DNA from: a virus
Virus record (IMG/VR): IMGVR_UViG_3300021964_000014
Length of the DNA stretch: 64,000 bases
Reading direction: 5' to 3' (one strand)
In this document: piece after piece, positions 29,615-39,523 of the stretch
Layout: each line of letters begins with the position of its first letter
Numbering within the stretch: position 1 is the stretch's first letter
Translations under genes and position numbers: made by a program
Notes under the pieces: model-generated
Databases searched by the model: none
Told to the model about the DNA's origin: nothing
Seen by the model: the letters and a program-made list of their open reading frames with translations, nothing else

Positions 29615-31726
29615 TTATTTTTTAGTCTCTCTTAATGATCCGTTTACCGGAGGTGTATAAACAGTATCTTTAACTGGTTCTGCTTCTCCTAAAGGAGCTT
29701 CACCTGAGTTATGTCTGTCTATATCTCTTTGAGAGATAACTCTTACTTTTGGTTGATCTAATCCTTTTGTAAAACCTTTTTTAGTTACAGGTCTAAGATC
29801 TTTTATAAATGCTGTTTCAATAGCAGGAGCTAAAAATCCTCCTACTTTTAAGCCTTCTTCATTTCTTATATCCCCCATAGCATCAAATGCTTTCTGAATC
29901 TTACTTCTAGTCTTGTCGTAATATGATTCTATATCTGTTACTACATCTTGTAATTGTAGTAGTACTGATTTCATTCCTTCAAATCCTCCGTAAGTATCAG
30001 TCATTTTAGCTAATTCTTGAGTAGCAGCTTCGTTAAGAGTGCCTTCTTCTAGTACTTTTGAAATGATAGCTTTAATGTTTTCTTTCACCATTTCATCTTT
30101 ACCCATTGCTGTTTTGATAGCTTTATCTTTAGCAGCCATATAATCATCTCCATCAACGTCTCCGTCTCCGTCGTGATCTTTACCTTTCTTTTCATTTAAG
30201 TTATAATGATCTTGTAAAGCTTCGATAACTTCTTCTGCTTCTTCTGCTTCACTGAATCCTGATTCTCCTGCTCTATCTTGAATTAAAGAAATAAATTCAT
30301 CTAAGCTACCTACTCTTTCAGTTACTACTGCTTCAGCTTCTTCTAATTCTTTTCTATTAGGATTAGCTCCTTCATTAAATCCAATTAAAGTTTGCTTGAT
30401 AGCTTTCTTAAAGTTTCTAATATGATCTAAAGCTTCTGATTTATCTCCATCATTAATAGCATCGATAGCTAAACCTAAATGACTGTTTTCTGAATGATAA
30501 TTAACATCTTCAAAAGAGTCATATAAAGCTTGTAAAGTAGCAATTGGAGTGTTTAATCTAATCTTCATACCAAATTCTAACATACCTTCATAATCGAAGT
30601 CAGAAGAAAACAGATCGCCTGGTTTAAAAGCTTTTACGGGTTTATCTTCTCTACCGTACTTTTCGATAGCTTTCATATCTTCGTCAGATAATTTTTCTTC
30701 CATATTTTTAGCAGCTGCCTTATACTTGGTAGCATCGCTTCCGCCAGTTTCTGGTTTCTTATTACCTTTTCTATCAACACCCATTACTTCTCCAACATCA
30801 TCTCTATTGATAGTTTCGTATTCATCGTAATTATTCCATACATCATTGATGTCGTTATAATCTATATCTCCGCTAAAAATATCTACTCTATGAGTTCTGA
30901 TAAAGTCTAAAGCATCTTGAGTACTTACTTTATGACCTGAATCTGGATGGCCATTTATAGTTAAAAAATCTATAATTTTTCTAAGAGCCATTTTTCTATT
31001 ATGGTTGACTGTTCTTTCTCCATCTATACCTGGTTCGGTAGGGATAGGATCGGCTTCTTTAATACCGTGTAGTTTGTCATACCATGCTTTAAATTCTGGA
31101 TCTCTATCTAAGTTAGCTAATAATTCTGGAGCTAATGAATCTAATCCGTGATCGTCTACCTGCTGTATAGCTTTTTCCGCATCGTCTGGATCTTCCACGT
31201 ATTTTAAAATAATATTAAGTAAAGCATTCATACTTTCATCATCAAATACTGTTGGTACTCCAGCTTCTTCTTTTAAGTCGGCTTTTTTCATACCGTTAAA
31301 AGTATCTACCTTATTTTTTTCATTTGGTTCAACCATTTGATCATGCTTGTCGACCTTATTAGACTCGCCTGACATTAGATTAAGGTAGTGTAGTGGATTC
31401 TTTTTTAAATTTTTTAGAGCTTTATCTTTAGCTTTAGCTTGATCCTCTTCAGATACTTTATCATGAGACATAAGTCCCATTGCTTCTAATTCAGCATCGA
31501 CTCCTCTTCTGATAGCTTCATCAGATATATTGTCGAAAGCAGAATATTCTGGCATTTTATCTGCTTCAGATATCATTCCTTTCTGTTTAAGTATGTTTAC
31601 AGTATCTTCAAATCCTAAGAATTGATTGATAAGTTGGGGCCATGCCATACGAGCATCTCTTACGAATTGTTTCTTTGAAAAGGATTCGTTTAATACCCCT
31701 CTATATTTTTCAGTTAACGTTTTCAT
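29615..31726 (-). CDS. Putative internal head polyprotein (703 aa)
   Basis: Acidic; repeated LNE/ISE/LKE/IKE/VTE/VKE sites between short modules; DHDGDGDVDGDDY motif; located between portal and protease. Confidence 0.6.
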   Translation of the reverse strand: MKTLTEKYRGVLNESFSKKQFVRDARMAWPQLINQFLGFEDTVNILKQKGMISEADKMPEYSAFDNISDEAIRRGVDAELEAMGLMSHDKVSEEDQAKAKDKALKNLKKNPLHYLNLMSGESNKVDKHDQMVEPNEKNKVDTFNGMKKADLKEEAGVPTVFDDESMNALLNIILKYVEDPDDAEKAIQQVDDHGLDSLAPELLANLDRDPEFKAWYDKLHGIKEADPIPTEPGIDGERTVNHNRKMALRKIIDFLTINGHPDSGHKVSTQDALDFIRTHRVDIFSGDIDYNDINDVWNNYDEYETINRDDVGEVMGVDRKGNKKPETGGSDATKYKAAAKNMEEKLSDEDMKAIEKYGREDKPVKAFKPGDLFSSDFDYEGMLEFGMKIRLNTPIATLQALYDSFEDVNYHSENSHLGLAIDAINDGDKSEALDHIRNFKKAIKQTLIGFNEGANPNRKELEEAEAVVTERVGSLDEFISLIQDRAGESGFSEAEEAEEVIEALQDHYNLNEKKGKDHDGDGDVDGDDYMAAKDKAIKTAMGKDEMVKENIKAIISKVLEEGTLNEAATQELAKMTDTYGGFEGMKSVLLQLQDVVTDIESYYDKTRSKIQKAFDAMGDIRNEEGLKVGGFLAPAIETAFIKDLRPVTKKGFTKGLDQPKVRVISQRDIDRHNSGEAPLGEAEPVKDTVYTPPVNGSLRETKK

Positions 31727-31931
31727 CTAAGTAATCAAACATTTTAGTGTTATAAGGTCTTTTTTTTTGCTTCACAGTCTTGTAACCTAGCTTTTCAGCT
31801 TGTTTTGTCGCTCTATTTTTTTTATTGCCTTTTGAAAAAGCAAATGGAGTTTGATAGCCTGCAACACCGGCTGTCGTACTCAATTCTTCTATTACTTCTC
31901 TTACTGCTTTAATTAACTTACTTCGTTTCAT
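31710..31931 (-). CDS. Small head-associated protein (73 aa)
   Basis: MKRSKLIKAVREVIEE leader, then basic STTAGVAGYQTPFAF...KK module. Confidence 0.7.
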   Translation of the reverse strand: MKRSKLIKAVREVIEELSTTAGVAGYQTPFAFSKGNKKNRATKQAEKLGYKTVKQKKRPYNTKMFDYLDENVN

Positions 31932-32782
31932 AGCTTACGCATTTCGTTAACTAGATCGTAGTATTGCATTAAATTAATAAGATGGTTGTCTGTAATCTTT
32001 TCAGTTTTCTTAATAAGGTTAATTCCTTTTAATACTTCCTGTAGTTTTATTTTTATTACTTCGTCTTTGATTTTATTTGCTAGTTCATTGACTTCTTTTC
32101 TAATCTTTTCTACTTCTTCATTAACTAAGTTTCTTAGTCTAGTAGTAGAGTTAACTGAAGTAATAAATTCTTTTAAAATATTCTTTTGTTCTGGTAATAA
32201 AGATTTATAATTAGAGTTAAATTTCTCTAATAAAATCTTATACGTCAATAAACGTAAATCTTTATCATATTTAGAATACTCTTCTATTAATGTATCTTTA
32301 ACTGCTTCTTTATCTATTTCACTAGATGTTAAATGCTCTAATACAGTTAGTTTATTGTTAACCAAAAATTCTGGGTTAACTAATGTTGGGTTATTTTGAG
32401 CTTCTAACAAACAGTATAAAGCTGCAAGAGGTTTATAGTCTCTTACTTGAATAGCAAAAAAGTCTTCTATGTTATAGTTTTCTTTTAAATCTGCTATTAA
32501 TTTATATTTAGACTCTTTTAAAGTCTTCTGGTTAAATTTTCTTGAAATTTCGGTTATTGTAGATACAACTGTTTCTGCTTTTGCTTCACTTAAACTATTA
32601 TTCTTTAGAATATAATCGTATAATTTTAGTTCTTTAGCTAGAACAGTATTACCGCCGAAGTATTTCTTTAATATACCAACAGCAGCCGATTCATTTTTGG
32701 AAAGCGTATCAGCAGCTATTTGTTTAACTAACAGTTCGAAAATTAAACCGGTATTTTTAAACTTTGAATGTTTTATCTTCAT
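31928..32782 (-). CDS. Helical protein downstream of portal, possible prohead core component (284 aa)
   Basis: MKIKHSKFKNTGLIFELL; occupies the position of T4 gp67/gp68; function inferred from position only. Confidence 0.6.
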   Translation of the reverse strand: MKIKHSKFKNTGLIFELLVKQIAADTLSKNESAAVGILKKYFGGNTVLAKELKLYDYILKNNSLSEAKAETVVSTITEISRKFNQKTLKESKYKLIADLKENYNIEDFFAIQVRDYKPLAALYCLLEAQNNPTLVNPEFLVNNKLTVLEHLTSSEIDKEAVKDTLIEEYSKYDKDLRLLTYKILLEKFNSNYKSLLPEQKNILKEFITSVNSTTRLRNLVNEEVEKIRKEVNELANKIKDEVIKIKLQEVLKGINLIKKTEKITDNHLINLMQYYDLVNEMRKL

Positions 32783-32799
32783 AATATACGGTTACTATA

Positions 32800-32808
32800 T
32801 ATAAATAT
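32800..32808 (-). promoter_or_regulatory. Putative late promoter ATATTTATA
   Basis: Recurrent motif in the short portal/284 aa gap. Confidence 0.6.
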
Positions 32809-32811
32809 GGG

Positions 32812-34701
32812 TTAGTCCTCTAAATCTCTTAATTGAGTTTCATCTAAGAGGTTAGACTTGGTTTCTTCTGTCTTTTCAAAGATTAATTTCTTTTTATCTT
32901 CGAATGAATCTTTAATTTGATGATATATAGTTTGTGCTTTAGTAGTATTAGTTTCCATCATATTTTCATTGTCTGATGGAAATCCTCCGTGCATACCGTG
33001 AACTCCTAATCTATCTCTTCCACCCATAGGATCGTCGTTAGTACCGTATACTGACATTTTTTCTTTAGGTCTACCGCCTTCAGGTCCTACTTCATTATAT
33101 CCGTCTGGTACAGATCCCATTGCTCCGCCTTTCTCTGTAGCGGTAGCTCTTCTACCGTACATTGAGGCTAAGTCATGAGGAGTACCATATGATCTACCTG
33201 ATTTTGCAGGATCATTACCTTCAGCTTCTATTTGAGCATGTCTAAAGGCTCTCTTACCATCTTCTCTAACTAAATCTCTCATCTCATTATAAGTATCTTC
33301 TGACATATCAAATATATTTTCATAAATGTAGTCTGAAGAGAATAACTTAGAGTCTTTCATTTGATTAGCTAGATCAATTTTTTCTTTTAATAGAGCTACC
33401 TTCTCTTGTTCGTATATTACAGAAGGATTAGTAAGCTTTAATTCGAAGTTGGTTAAACTTTCTCCGGTAAAACCTTGAGTATATAAATGAACCAAAGCTA
33501 TTTTAGTTAACTCTGATTCAATAATTTTTTGTATTCTTTCAACAGTTCTAGCGAACCTAATATCTTCTGCTGCTAGTGTTGCTTTACCCTGTAAGTCTCC
33601 TTCATATCCAAAATATGCTTTCGGTATTTTAAGAGCTGCAAACATTTTAGCTTGTAGATATTGAATATCATTTGTTCCGTCATAATCTAAACCTTTAGTA
33701 GTTTCGATTCTAGTTGACTGATCTCCTCCACGTACAGGTATGTAGAAGTCTTCCATCATATTCTGCATGTTAAACTTCAAGTTATATTGACCTGTGTTAG
33801 GATCAACATAAGGAGTCTTTTTCATAGTGTTGATAGTCTTTTGCATAAACTGATCAACTTCTGCAGGAGGAATAGAACCAACATTAACAAAGAAAGTTCT
33901 CTTTTCAGGAGCTCTCATTATACGATGTATTAACATCGCATCTTCCATTAACGTTAATTGCTTATATATTTTTCTAGCTGGTTCAATGTATGATCTACCG
34001 TAAGGTAAGTAAGCATGATCTGATATTAACCTAAAGTGAGCTACTTCGTAGTTATCTAAAGTGATAACTTTATTATCTCTTCTAGGAATATAATTAGGAT
34101 CTTGAGAAGCGGCAATGCCGTCGGGATCTATAGTAAATTGAACTTCAGAAGGTTTTTCAGGATTAGCACCTTCATGTCTTGCTATATTATATACTGTATA
34201 AGGAAGGACGTTATAAACTCCAAACTTTTCTGCTATTTCTAACTTTAAGAAGTAATCTCCGTACTTTAACATTCCTCTAGTCCAGGACCATAAGTTAAAC
34301 TCTACGTTTAGAACATCATAAAATAGATTATAAAGTACTCTTTGTAGGTTTTCATCTGATGATTTAACAGATAGTACTTCTCCAAGATCGTTTTTTAAAG
34401 TAGCTTCATCAGCTAAAATATCTAAGGCAGAAGCAATAATTGGATCAGTGTCCATTGCTTCATAGTCTGAGTATAACTGTATTCTTAACGTTTGGTAGTT
34501 AAGGTTAGGACTAAATAAGTTTTTACTGTTAAATACGTGTAATCTTGAAAATCTGTCAATTAACGCGTTCGTTTTAAAGTCACCAGTAGTCTGTATACGG
34601 TTTACATCCGCCACCTTAAGTTCGGTACCGCCTACGTTTCTTATTATTACATCCGAAGAGAAGAGTCTTTGTAGTCTTCCAAATAATGATTTATCGGCCA
34701 T
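32812..34701 (-). CDS. gp20: Portal protein (T4 gp20 family)
   Basis: LMEDAMLIHRIMRAPEKRTFFVNVG, MMEDFYIPVRGG, DIQYLQAKMFAALKIP, EDIRFARTVERIQ. Confidence 0.95.
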   Translation of the reverse strand: MADKSLFGRLQRLFSSDVIIRNVGGTELKVADVNRIQTTGDFKTNALIDRFSRLHVFNSKNLFSPNLNYQTLRIQLYSDYEAMDTDPIIASALDILADEATLKNDLGEVLSVKSSDENLQRVLYNLFYDVLNVEFNLWSWTRGMLKYGDYFLKLEIAEKFGVYNVLPYTVYNIARHEGANPEKPSEVQFTIDPDGIAASQDPNYIPRRDNKVITLDNYEVAHFRLISDHAYLPYGRSYIEPARKIYKQLTLMEDAMLIHRIMRAPEKRTFFVNVGSIPPAEVDQFMQKTINTMKKTPYVDPNTGQYNLKFNMQNMMEDFYIPVRGGDQSTRIETTKGLDYDGTNDIQYLQAKMFAALKIPKAYFGYEGDLQGKATLAAEDIRFARTVERIQKIIESELTKIALVHLYTQGFTGESLTNFELKLTNPSVIYEQEKVALLKEKIDLANQMKDSKLFSSDYIYENIFDMSEDTYNEMRDLVREDGKRAFRHAQIEAEGNDPAKSGRSYGTPHDLASMYGRRATATEKGGAMGSVPDGYNEVGPEGGRPKEKMSVYGTNDDPMGGRDRLGVHGMHGGFPSDNENMMETNTTKAQTIYHQIKDSFEDKKKLIFEKTEETKSNLLDETQLRDLED

Positions 34702-34729
34702 TCAATGAATATTTAGATTCAGTATATAT

Positions 34730-34738
34730 TATAAATAG
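34730..34738 (-). promoter_or_regulatory. Putative late promoter CTATTTATA
   Basis: Recurrent motif in the terminase/portal gap. Confidence 0.6.
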
Positions 34739-34743
34739 CTACG

Positions 34744-36318
34744 TTACAATAACCAAGATATATCTTCTTGCTGTCCATAGCCATTATCTATAAGATAAGG
34801 ATTATTTTGCTGATTTCCAACTGATTTAATGACAGCTTTGTTTTTAGCGTTTAGATTCTGAAAAGAAGATAATTGAGCTCTAGCTAAATCCATACCTTGT
34901 TGTCTTAATCTCAATGCAGTATCTCTAACGTATAATGCAGTTGCTGCTGCTATTAGTAAATCATCGTTATAGTTAGTCTGTGCTTGAGGTTTACCGTTTT
35001 TCCATACAAATACACGCATCTCTCCTAATAGCCTCTTAGATTGTATAGTAACTCCTCTTTCTCTAATGTACTCTATCATTTTAGCTACTACCAAAGGTCT
35101 AGTTCTAACTGACATGGTAAAGCCAGGTACTAGTTTATCTCTTTCATATTTAGACATATAGGATTCTACAGTTTCCATTTGAGAGGTAGAACTGTAGTAT
35201 AAGTTACTGTATTGACGTTCTAATATCTGTTCTATAGTAGCCCATCCTATATTTGCATTTTCTACTACTAATAACGCATCGTTATACTCTGATGCAATTC
35301 CTACTAATACATTACCGAAGTCTTTAGGAGATAATTTACCTTTATATTCACCAACCTGTGTACAAGTTTCTATATCAAATATATGAAATGCAGAATAATC
35401 GGCAGAATCACCTCTAGCGACGTCAGCTACTACCATATAAGATTTAGTAAAATCTACTCCTTCCCATATCCATAAGTTACCATCTACACCTCTTTTTTCC
35501 AATGGTTCTTTTAAGTATGTTTGCTCGTAGAACATCATATCATCTGGTTCAAATACTGTATCACCAGAAGCTAAGAAATCACAATCACACTCTTGTCCGG
35601 CCATTCTAGGTCCTAGATCTGAGTCTTGTTGATCTCTCCATTCTTGATCTCTTTCAGGATGTACCGTCCAAGGTAATCTTATAGGTAAGAATGAATTCTC
35701 ACCACTTTCAGCTTTTTCCCAAGTTTGATGGAACCAGTTACCAATACCATTAGGTGTTGATAGAGCCATACATTGACCACCGGTTGCTAGTGTTTGTTGT
35801 GCTGCAGTAAACGTTTCGTCAATGTTATCAACAAAGGCTGCCTCATCGATAAGTAGTAATGATACTGCTTCGGATCTTGCTGCATCAGTATTAGAAGATT
35901 TCGCTGTAATTTTAGATCCATTTTTTAATCTTAAAGATAATTTATTCTTTTCTACTGCTTGTAACCTTAACCATTTAGGTAACTGATCGTACATAAACAT
36001 TGTCTTAGAAACTAAGTTACGAGCAGTTGCTTGTGTTGTAGCTAATGCTAGTACGTTTTTATCTTTATGAAATAACATTAACCATAAAGAATAAGCAGCA
36101 GATAAAGTTGAGATACCTAACTGTCTTGACTTTAAAGTAATTATGTATTGATTGTCTCTAAATAAATGTAGTACTTTAGACTGGAAAGGATAGAGATTAA
36201 ATAATATTCTACCTCTAGTAGGGTGTTGAATATAACAGTACTTCTTCATAAAGTACGCCGGATCTTTGGCGCACTTGATATACTCTTGTGCGATTATTTT
36301 TTTTATGTCTTGACTCAT
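34744..36318 (-). CDS. gp17: Terminase large subunit (T4 gp17 family)
   Basis: KSRQLGIST (Walker A), LLIDEAAF (Walker B), STPNG, VADVARG and DDLL nuclease motifs. Confidence 0.96.
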   Translation of the reverse strand: MSQDIKKIIAQEYIKCAKDPAYFMKKYCYIQHPTRGRILFNLYPFQSKVLHLFRDNQYIITLKSRQLGISTLSAAYSLWLMLFHKDKNVLALATTQATARNLVSKTMFMYDQLPKWLRLQAVEKNKLSLRLKNGSKITAKSSNTDAARSEAVSLLLIDEAAFVDNIDETFTAAQQTLATGGQCMALSTPNGIGNWFHQTWEKAESGENSFLPIRLPWTVHPERDQEWRDQQDSDLGPRMAGQECDCDFLASGDTVFEPDDMMFYEQTYLKEPLEKRGVDGNLWIWEGVDFTKSYMVVADVARGDSADYSAFHIFDIETCTQVGEYKGKLSPKDFGNVLVGIASEYNDALLVVENANIGWATIEQILERQYSNLYYSSTSQMETVESYMSKYERDKLVPGFTMSVRTRPLVVAKMIEYIRERGVTIQSKRLLGEMRVFVWKNGKPQAQTNYNDDLLIAAATALYVRDTALRLRQQGMDLARAQLSSFQNLNAKNKAVIKSVGNQQNNPYLIDNGYGQQEDISWLL

Positions 36319-36322
36319 AACT

Positions 36323-37399
36323 TTAGAAGTTATAACTGAATCGTGGTAAGCCGTCTTTCATGTAGATAGAAATCTTAGTACCAACTGCATCTACTAATTT
36401 ATTTGCAGGTACTACAGCATAATTTCCAGACTTATCATCTAAGAAGAATATTTCTTCAAATTCTTCAGTTTCTGTATATAACTTTATCACTTTTTTAGAA
36501 AACGCTTGTTCTGCAGCATCTGCATCTATTTCGTTTCCTTTTTTATATTTCTTTAAACTAAAATCAGAAAAATCTATTCCTGGGTAGTTACTTCTTAATG
36601 CACCATCCATTGCATCTATCGATGCATCAATTTTATCACTTTCTTGTTCTGCTACAACTGCAAGGATTGTGTTTAATCTATGTAAAGGTCTTTTACCTTT
36701 AGTATCTACTTGAATAGGATTATCTAATTTTGAATTAACTGCTGATATAGCATCCTGTATAAATTTCTTATCAGTATTTTTACCAAATTGAGCTTTTTGG
36801 CCCATTGGTATAGCTCCTCTATTTTTTACTTCAATACCTTTCTTACCAACTCCAACATCACCAGAAGGAGTATCTCCATTAACATCTGCTGTTAAAGCAC
36901 ATAGAAAAACCTCTCCTTTACCTGTAGCTACATTACCTATTTGAGGTTTGATATCGAATAAAAAATTAATCGTTTCATCTGAGAATAATTTTTTAAATTT
37001 TTCTTTTAAGTTACCAGAGGAACCTAAATCAGCATAAGTTATAGCACCGTCGGTAATATACTTATGATATGTTTGAATATCTCCATTTTCTACCATTCTG
37101 TTATAAATGGTTTTAGAAATAGAAGCTACTGATTTGCCTTGTTTATCTAAGAACGATAGTACATCATCCTTATAGGCTACACCAGATATACCGTTGAGTA
37201 TAGATTTTAATTGTTCCGGAGAAAACTCTCCTTTTTGTATGGCATCAATAACTTCTGCTTTAGATATTTGTCCATCTGCATTAGTTAATTCAGCAATTAA
37301 TTTATCTAATATTGCTTTATCTTCAGCATTATCCATAGATGGAGTACCTGTTTTAGATCTCCATGCCCATTCTGTATATAATCTATCTGTTACGTTCAT
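36323..37399 (-). CDS. Putative PD-(D/E)xK restriction-like endonuclease (358 aa)
   Basis: GKGEVFL...SGDVGVGKKGIEVK fits E...D...ExK; N-terminal leader ends KLIAE. Confidence 0.6.
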   Translation of the reverse strand: MNVTDRLYTEWAWRSKTGTPSMDNAEDKAILDKLIAELTNADGQISKAEVIDAIQKGEFSPEQLKSILNGISGVAYKDDVLSFLDKQGKSVASISKTIYNRMVENGDIQTYHKYITDGAITYADLGSSGNLKEKFKKLFSDETINFLFDIKPQIGNVATGKGEVFLCALTADVNGDTPSGDVGVGKKGIEVKNRGAIPMGQKAQFGKNTDKKFIQDAISAVNSKLDNPIQVDTKGKRPLHRLNTILAVVAEQESDKIDASIDAMDGALRSNYPGIDFSDFSLKKYKKGNEIDADAAEQAFSKKVIKLYTETEEFEEIFFLDDKSGNYAVVPANKLVDAVGTKISIYMKDGLPRFSYNF

Positions 37400-39522
37400 T
37401 ATGCTTCTGGTTCTTCTGCTGGTTCTTCAAAATCAACTGGTTCTCCTGTTAAGTCAGCTCCACCTTCTTCACCGCCTTCTTCTCCTCCAAGGTCGTCAAC
37501 TCCTAGATCGTCTCCACCACCTCCGGCAGCATCATCTCCAGGAAAATCACCTCCACCGCCTCCAGAAGAGCCTCCTGAATCTACATCAGCAGCTTCTCCT
37601 TCTCCGGCTCCGGTCATTGGACCTTCTTTGTATAATACAGCTAATTTATCTAACGCTTGTTGATAATCGTTTATTTTGTCGATATAAAATCTTTTACCCA
37701 TTATTTGAGCTTGGAATCCAGTACCGGTCCATTTTAAGATATAATCTTGACCGTTCTTTAAGTTGATTCTAAATTCAGTAGGTCTTGGAGAAATCCAATC
37801 TACACTATCAACAAATTCTTTAAAGTCTTCTGTTTGTAGTTTTATAATAGCTGCTTGTAGTGTAGGAAATTTAGCTAGTATTTGATCTGTAGCATCTTCC
37901 AGTACTGTATCTTTAGGAGCTTCTTCATCACCTTCTTCTTCAGGTTCTGGCTCTTCTTCTTCTTTAATATCGTCTAATAGACTTTCTGCTAAACTAAGTT
38001 TACCTTCTTTATAGTAGTCTGGATCTTCATAGTAATCGTCTTCTTCTCTTCTACGTTGTTCGTAGTCGGTATAATCATCATATCTATCTTCATCACTTTG
38101 AGCGTAATTTAATAAGTCGTTTAACGCAGCACTATTATGTAATCTAGGATTTATAATTCTAAGTGTATTAGGATGAGTATCACCTCTTCCTGTGAAGAGT
38201 TCGTAATCTATACCTTCTTCATATTTCTTTTTTAAATAATCTACAACAGCTTGTATTGCGTCTAAATCATATCCAAAATGAACTTCATCATTTGAATTTT
38301 CATTTATATCGTATCTTTGCAGTGCGCTCATTATACGATCAATTTTCTTATCTATATCATTAAGTATAGCTCCATAATCATCTGCAATTGGACCTCCTTC
38401 AGGTTCAGCTTCTTGCTCCATATTTCTTAAAACATCAGCTCTTTCGTCTTCTAAGTCTTGAAGTTTTAATCTCAAGTCCATAGCTTTCTCTAAACTGATA
38501 CCACGGGATTTAGGTGCTTTATCTTTAGGTTGTTGTGCTTTCATTCTAGCAGCTCTCACTTTGATAGCAACTGGATCGTTAATATCCATTCTTTCATTAA
38601 TCTTAGAAAAAGCTGATTCGATGCCTTCCATCATTCTTTGCATCTTAAGCAGATTATATTGCTCAGGTCTTTCTGTTCTTAGGTAGCTTTGTAATTTTCT
38701 AAAATTAGTTTTAGTTAATTCGAAAAACTCTCTAGCTGCTTGATCAGTTCTTATATCATCAGATCCCATTAGTTTTTTAATGTCACTTATAATATCTGAA
38801 AAGTTTTTATATAGAGATCCAAATGAAGGTAATTTAATTACCTTATGTCCTATAGAGCCTGTTTCTTTATTTTTTTCATATGTTTTAAAGTAAGTATCCA
38901 TATTAGAACTAAAGAAATCATGCTTACCGCCAAACATCGGTTCACCATATCTTTTAACAATACCAGCTCTTTGTTTATCTGTTAAGTCTTCCCACTGAGT
39001 AACTCTACTTCCAGCTTTCTTTTCCATGTCAGCTTTTGGCATTTCATCTATAGTACCAGAAGTATTTCCTCTATCTTTATAAAAGTCATGCTGTGCTTGT
39101 GCTTCTCGGCCTAAACCGCCCATCACATGATCAACTATGTCTTTTAAACCTTCAGCTGAAATAGCTACTGGTGTGTAGTTACCATCTGTCATATAAGAAT
39201 CGATTCCAACAACACCTGATTGTCCTGCTTTTCTCATTCCTGCTTTGATAGCATCTTTTTGATCAATTCTATAACCACTCATTCTACTGATTGTAAACTT
39301 ATCAGTGTCTTTATTATACTGGAATATTACTGCTTGAGGAGCTCTACCTTCACCTTTACTTACCATATAACCTTCTACTCCTTCTTTAGGCGGGTAACCA
39401 TCTGGTCTACGTTCTGTTAGGTCGTACCCTTTTGACTTAAAGTAATCAAATAATCGGCCACCATCCATTTCGTTAAGTAGCTGTCCGTAGGACTCTAATA
39501 TGAGTTTTTCTAATTTATGCAT
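37399..39522 (-). CDS. Putative internal head polyprotein (707 aa) with leader MHKLEKLILES
   Basis: Modules separated by LNE, IDE, INE, INE, LAE, IKE; Gly/Glu-rich acidic tail. Confidence 0.6.
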   Translation of the reverse strand: MHKLEKLILESYGQLLNEMDGGRLFDYFKSKGYDLTERRPDGYPPKEGVEGYMVSKGEGRAPQAVIFQYNKDTDKFTISRMSGYRIDQKDAIKAGMRKAGQSGVVGIDSYMTDGNYTPVAISAEGLKDIVDHVMGGLGREAQAQHDFYKDRGNTSGTIDEMPKADMEKKAGSRVTQWEDLTDKQRAGIVKRYGEPMFGGKHDFFSSNMDTYFKTYEKNKETGSIGHKVIKLPSFGSLYKNFSDIISDIKKLMGSDDIRTDQAAREFFELTKTNFRKLQSYLRTERPEQYNLLKMQRMMEGIESAFSKINERMDINDPVAIKVRAARMKAQQPKDKAPKSRGISLEKAMDLRLKLQDLEDERADVLRNMEQEAEPEGGPIADDYGAILNDIDKKIDRIMSALQRYDINENSNDEVHFGYDLDAIQAVVDYLKKKYEEGIDYELFTGRGDTHPNTLRIINPRLHNSAALNDLLNYAQSDEDRYDDYTDYEQRRREEDDYYEDPDYYKEGKLSLAESLLDDIKEEEEPEPEEEGDEEAPKDTVLEDATDQILAKFPTLQAAIIKLQTEDFKEFVDSVDWISPRPTEFRINLKNGQDYILKWTGTGFQAQIMGKRFYIDKINDYQQALDKLAVLYKEGPMTGAGEGEAADVDSGGSSGGGGGDFPGDDAAGGGGDDLGVDDLGGEEGGEEGGADLTGEPVDFEEPAEEPEA

Positions 39523-39523
39523 A

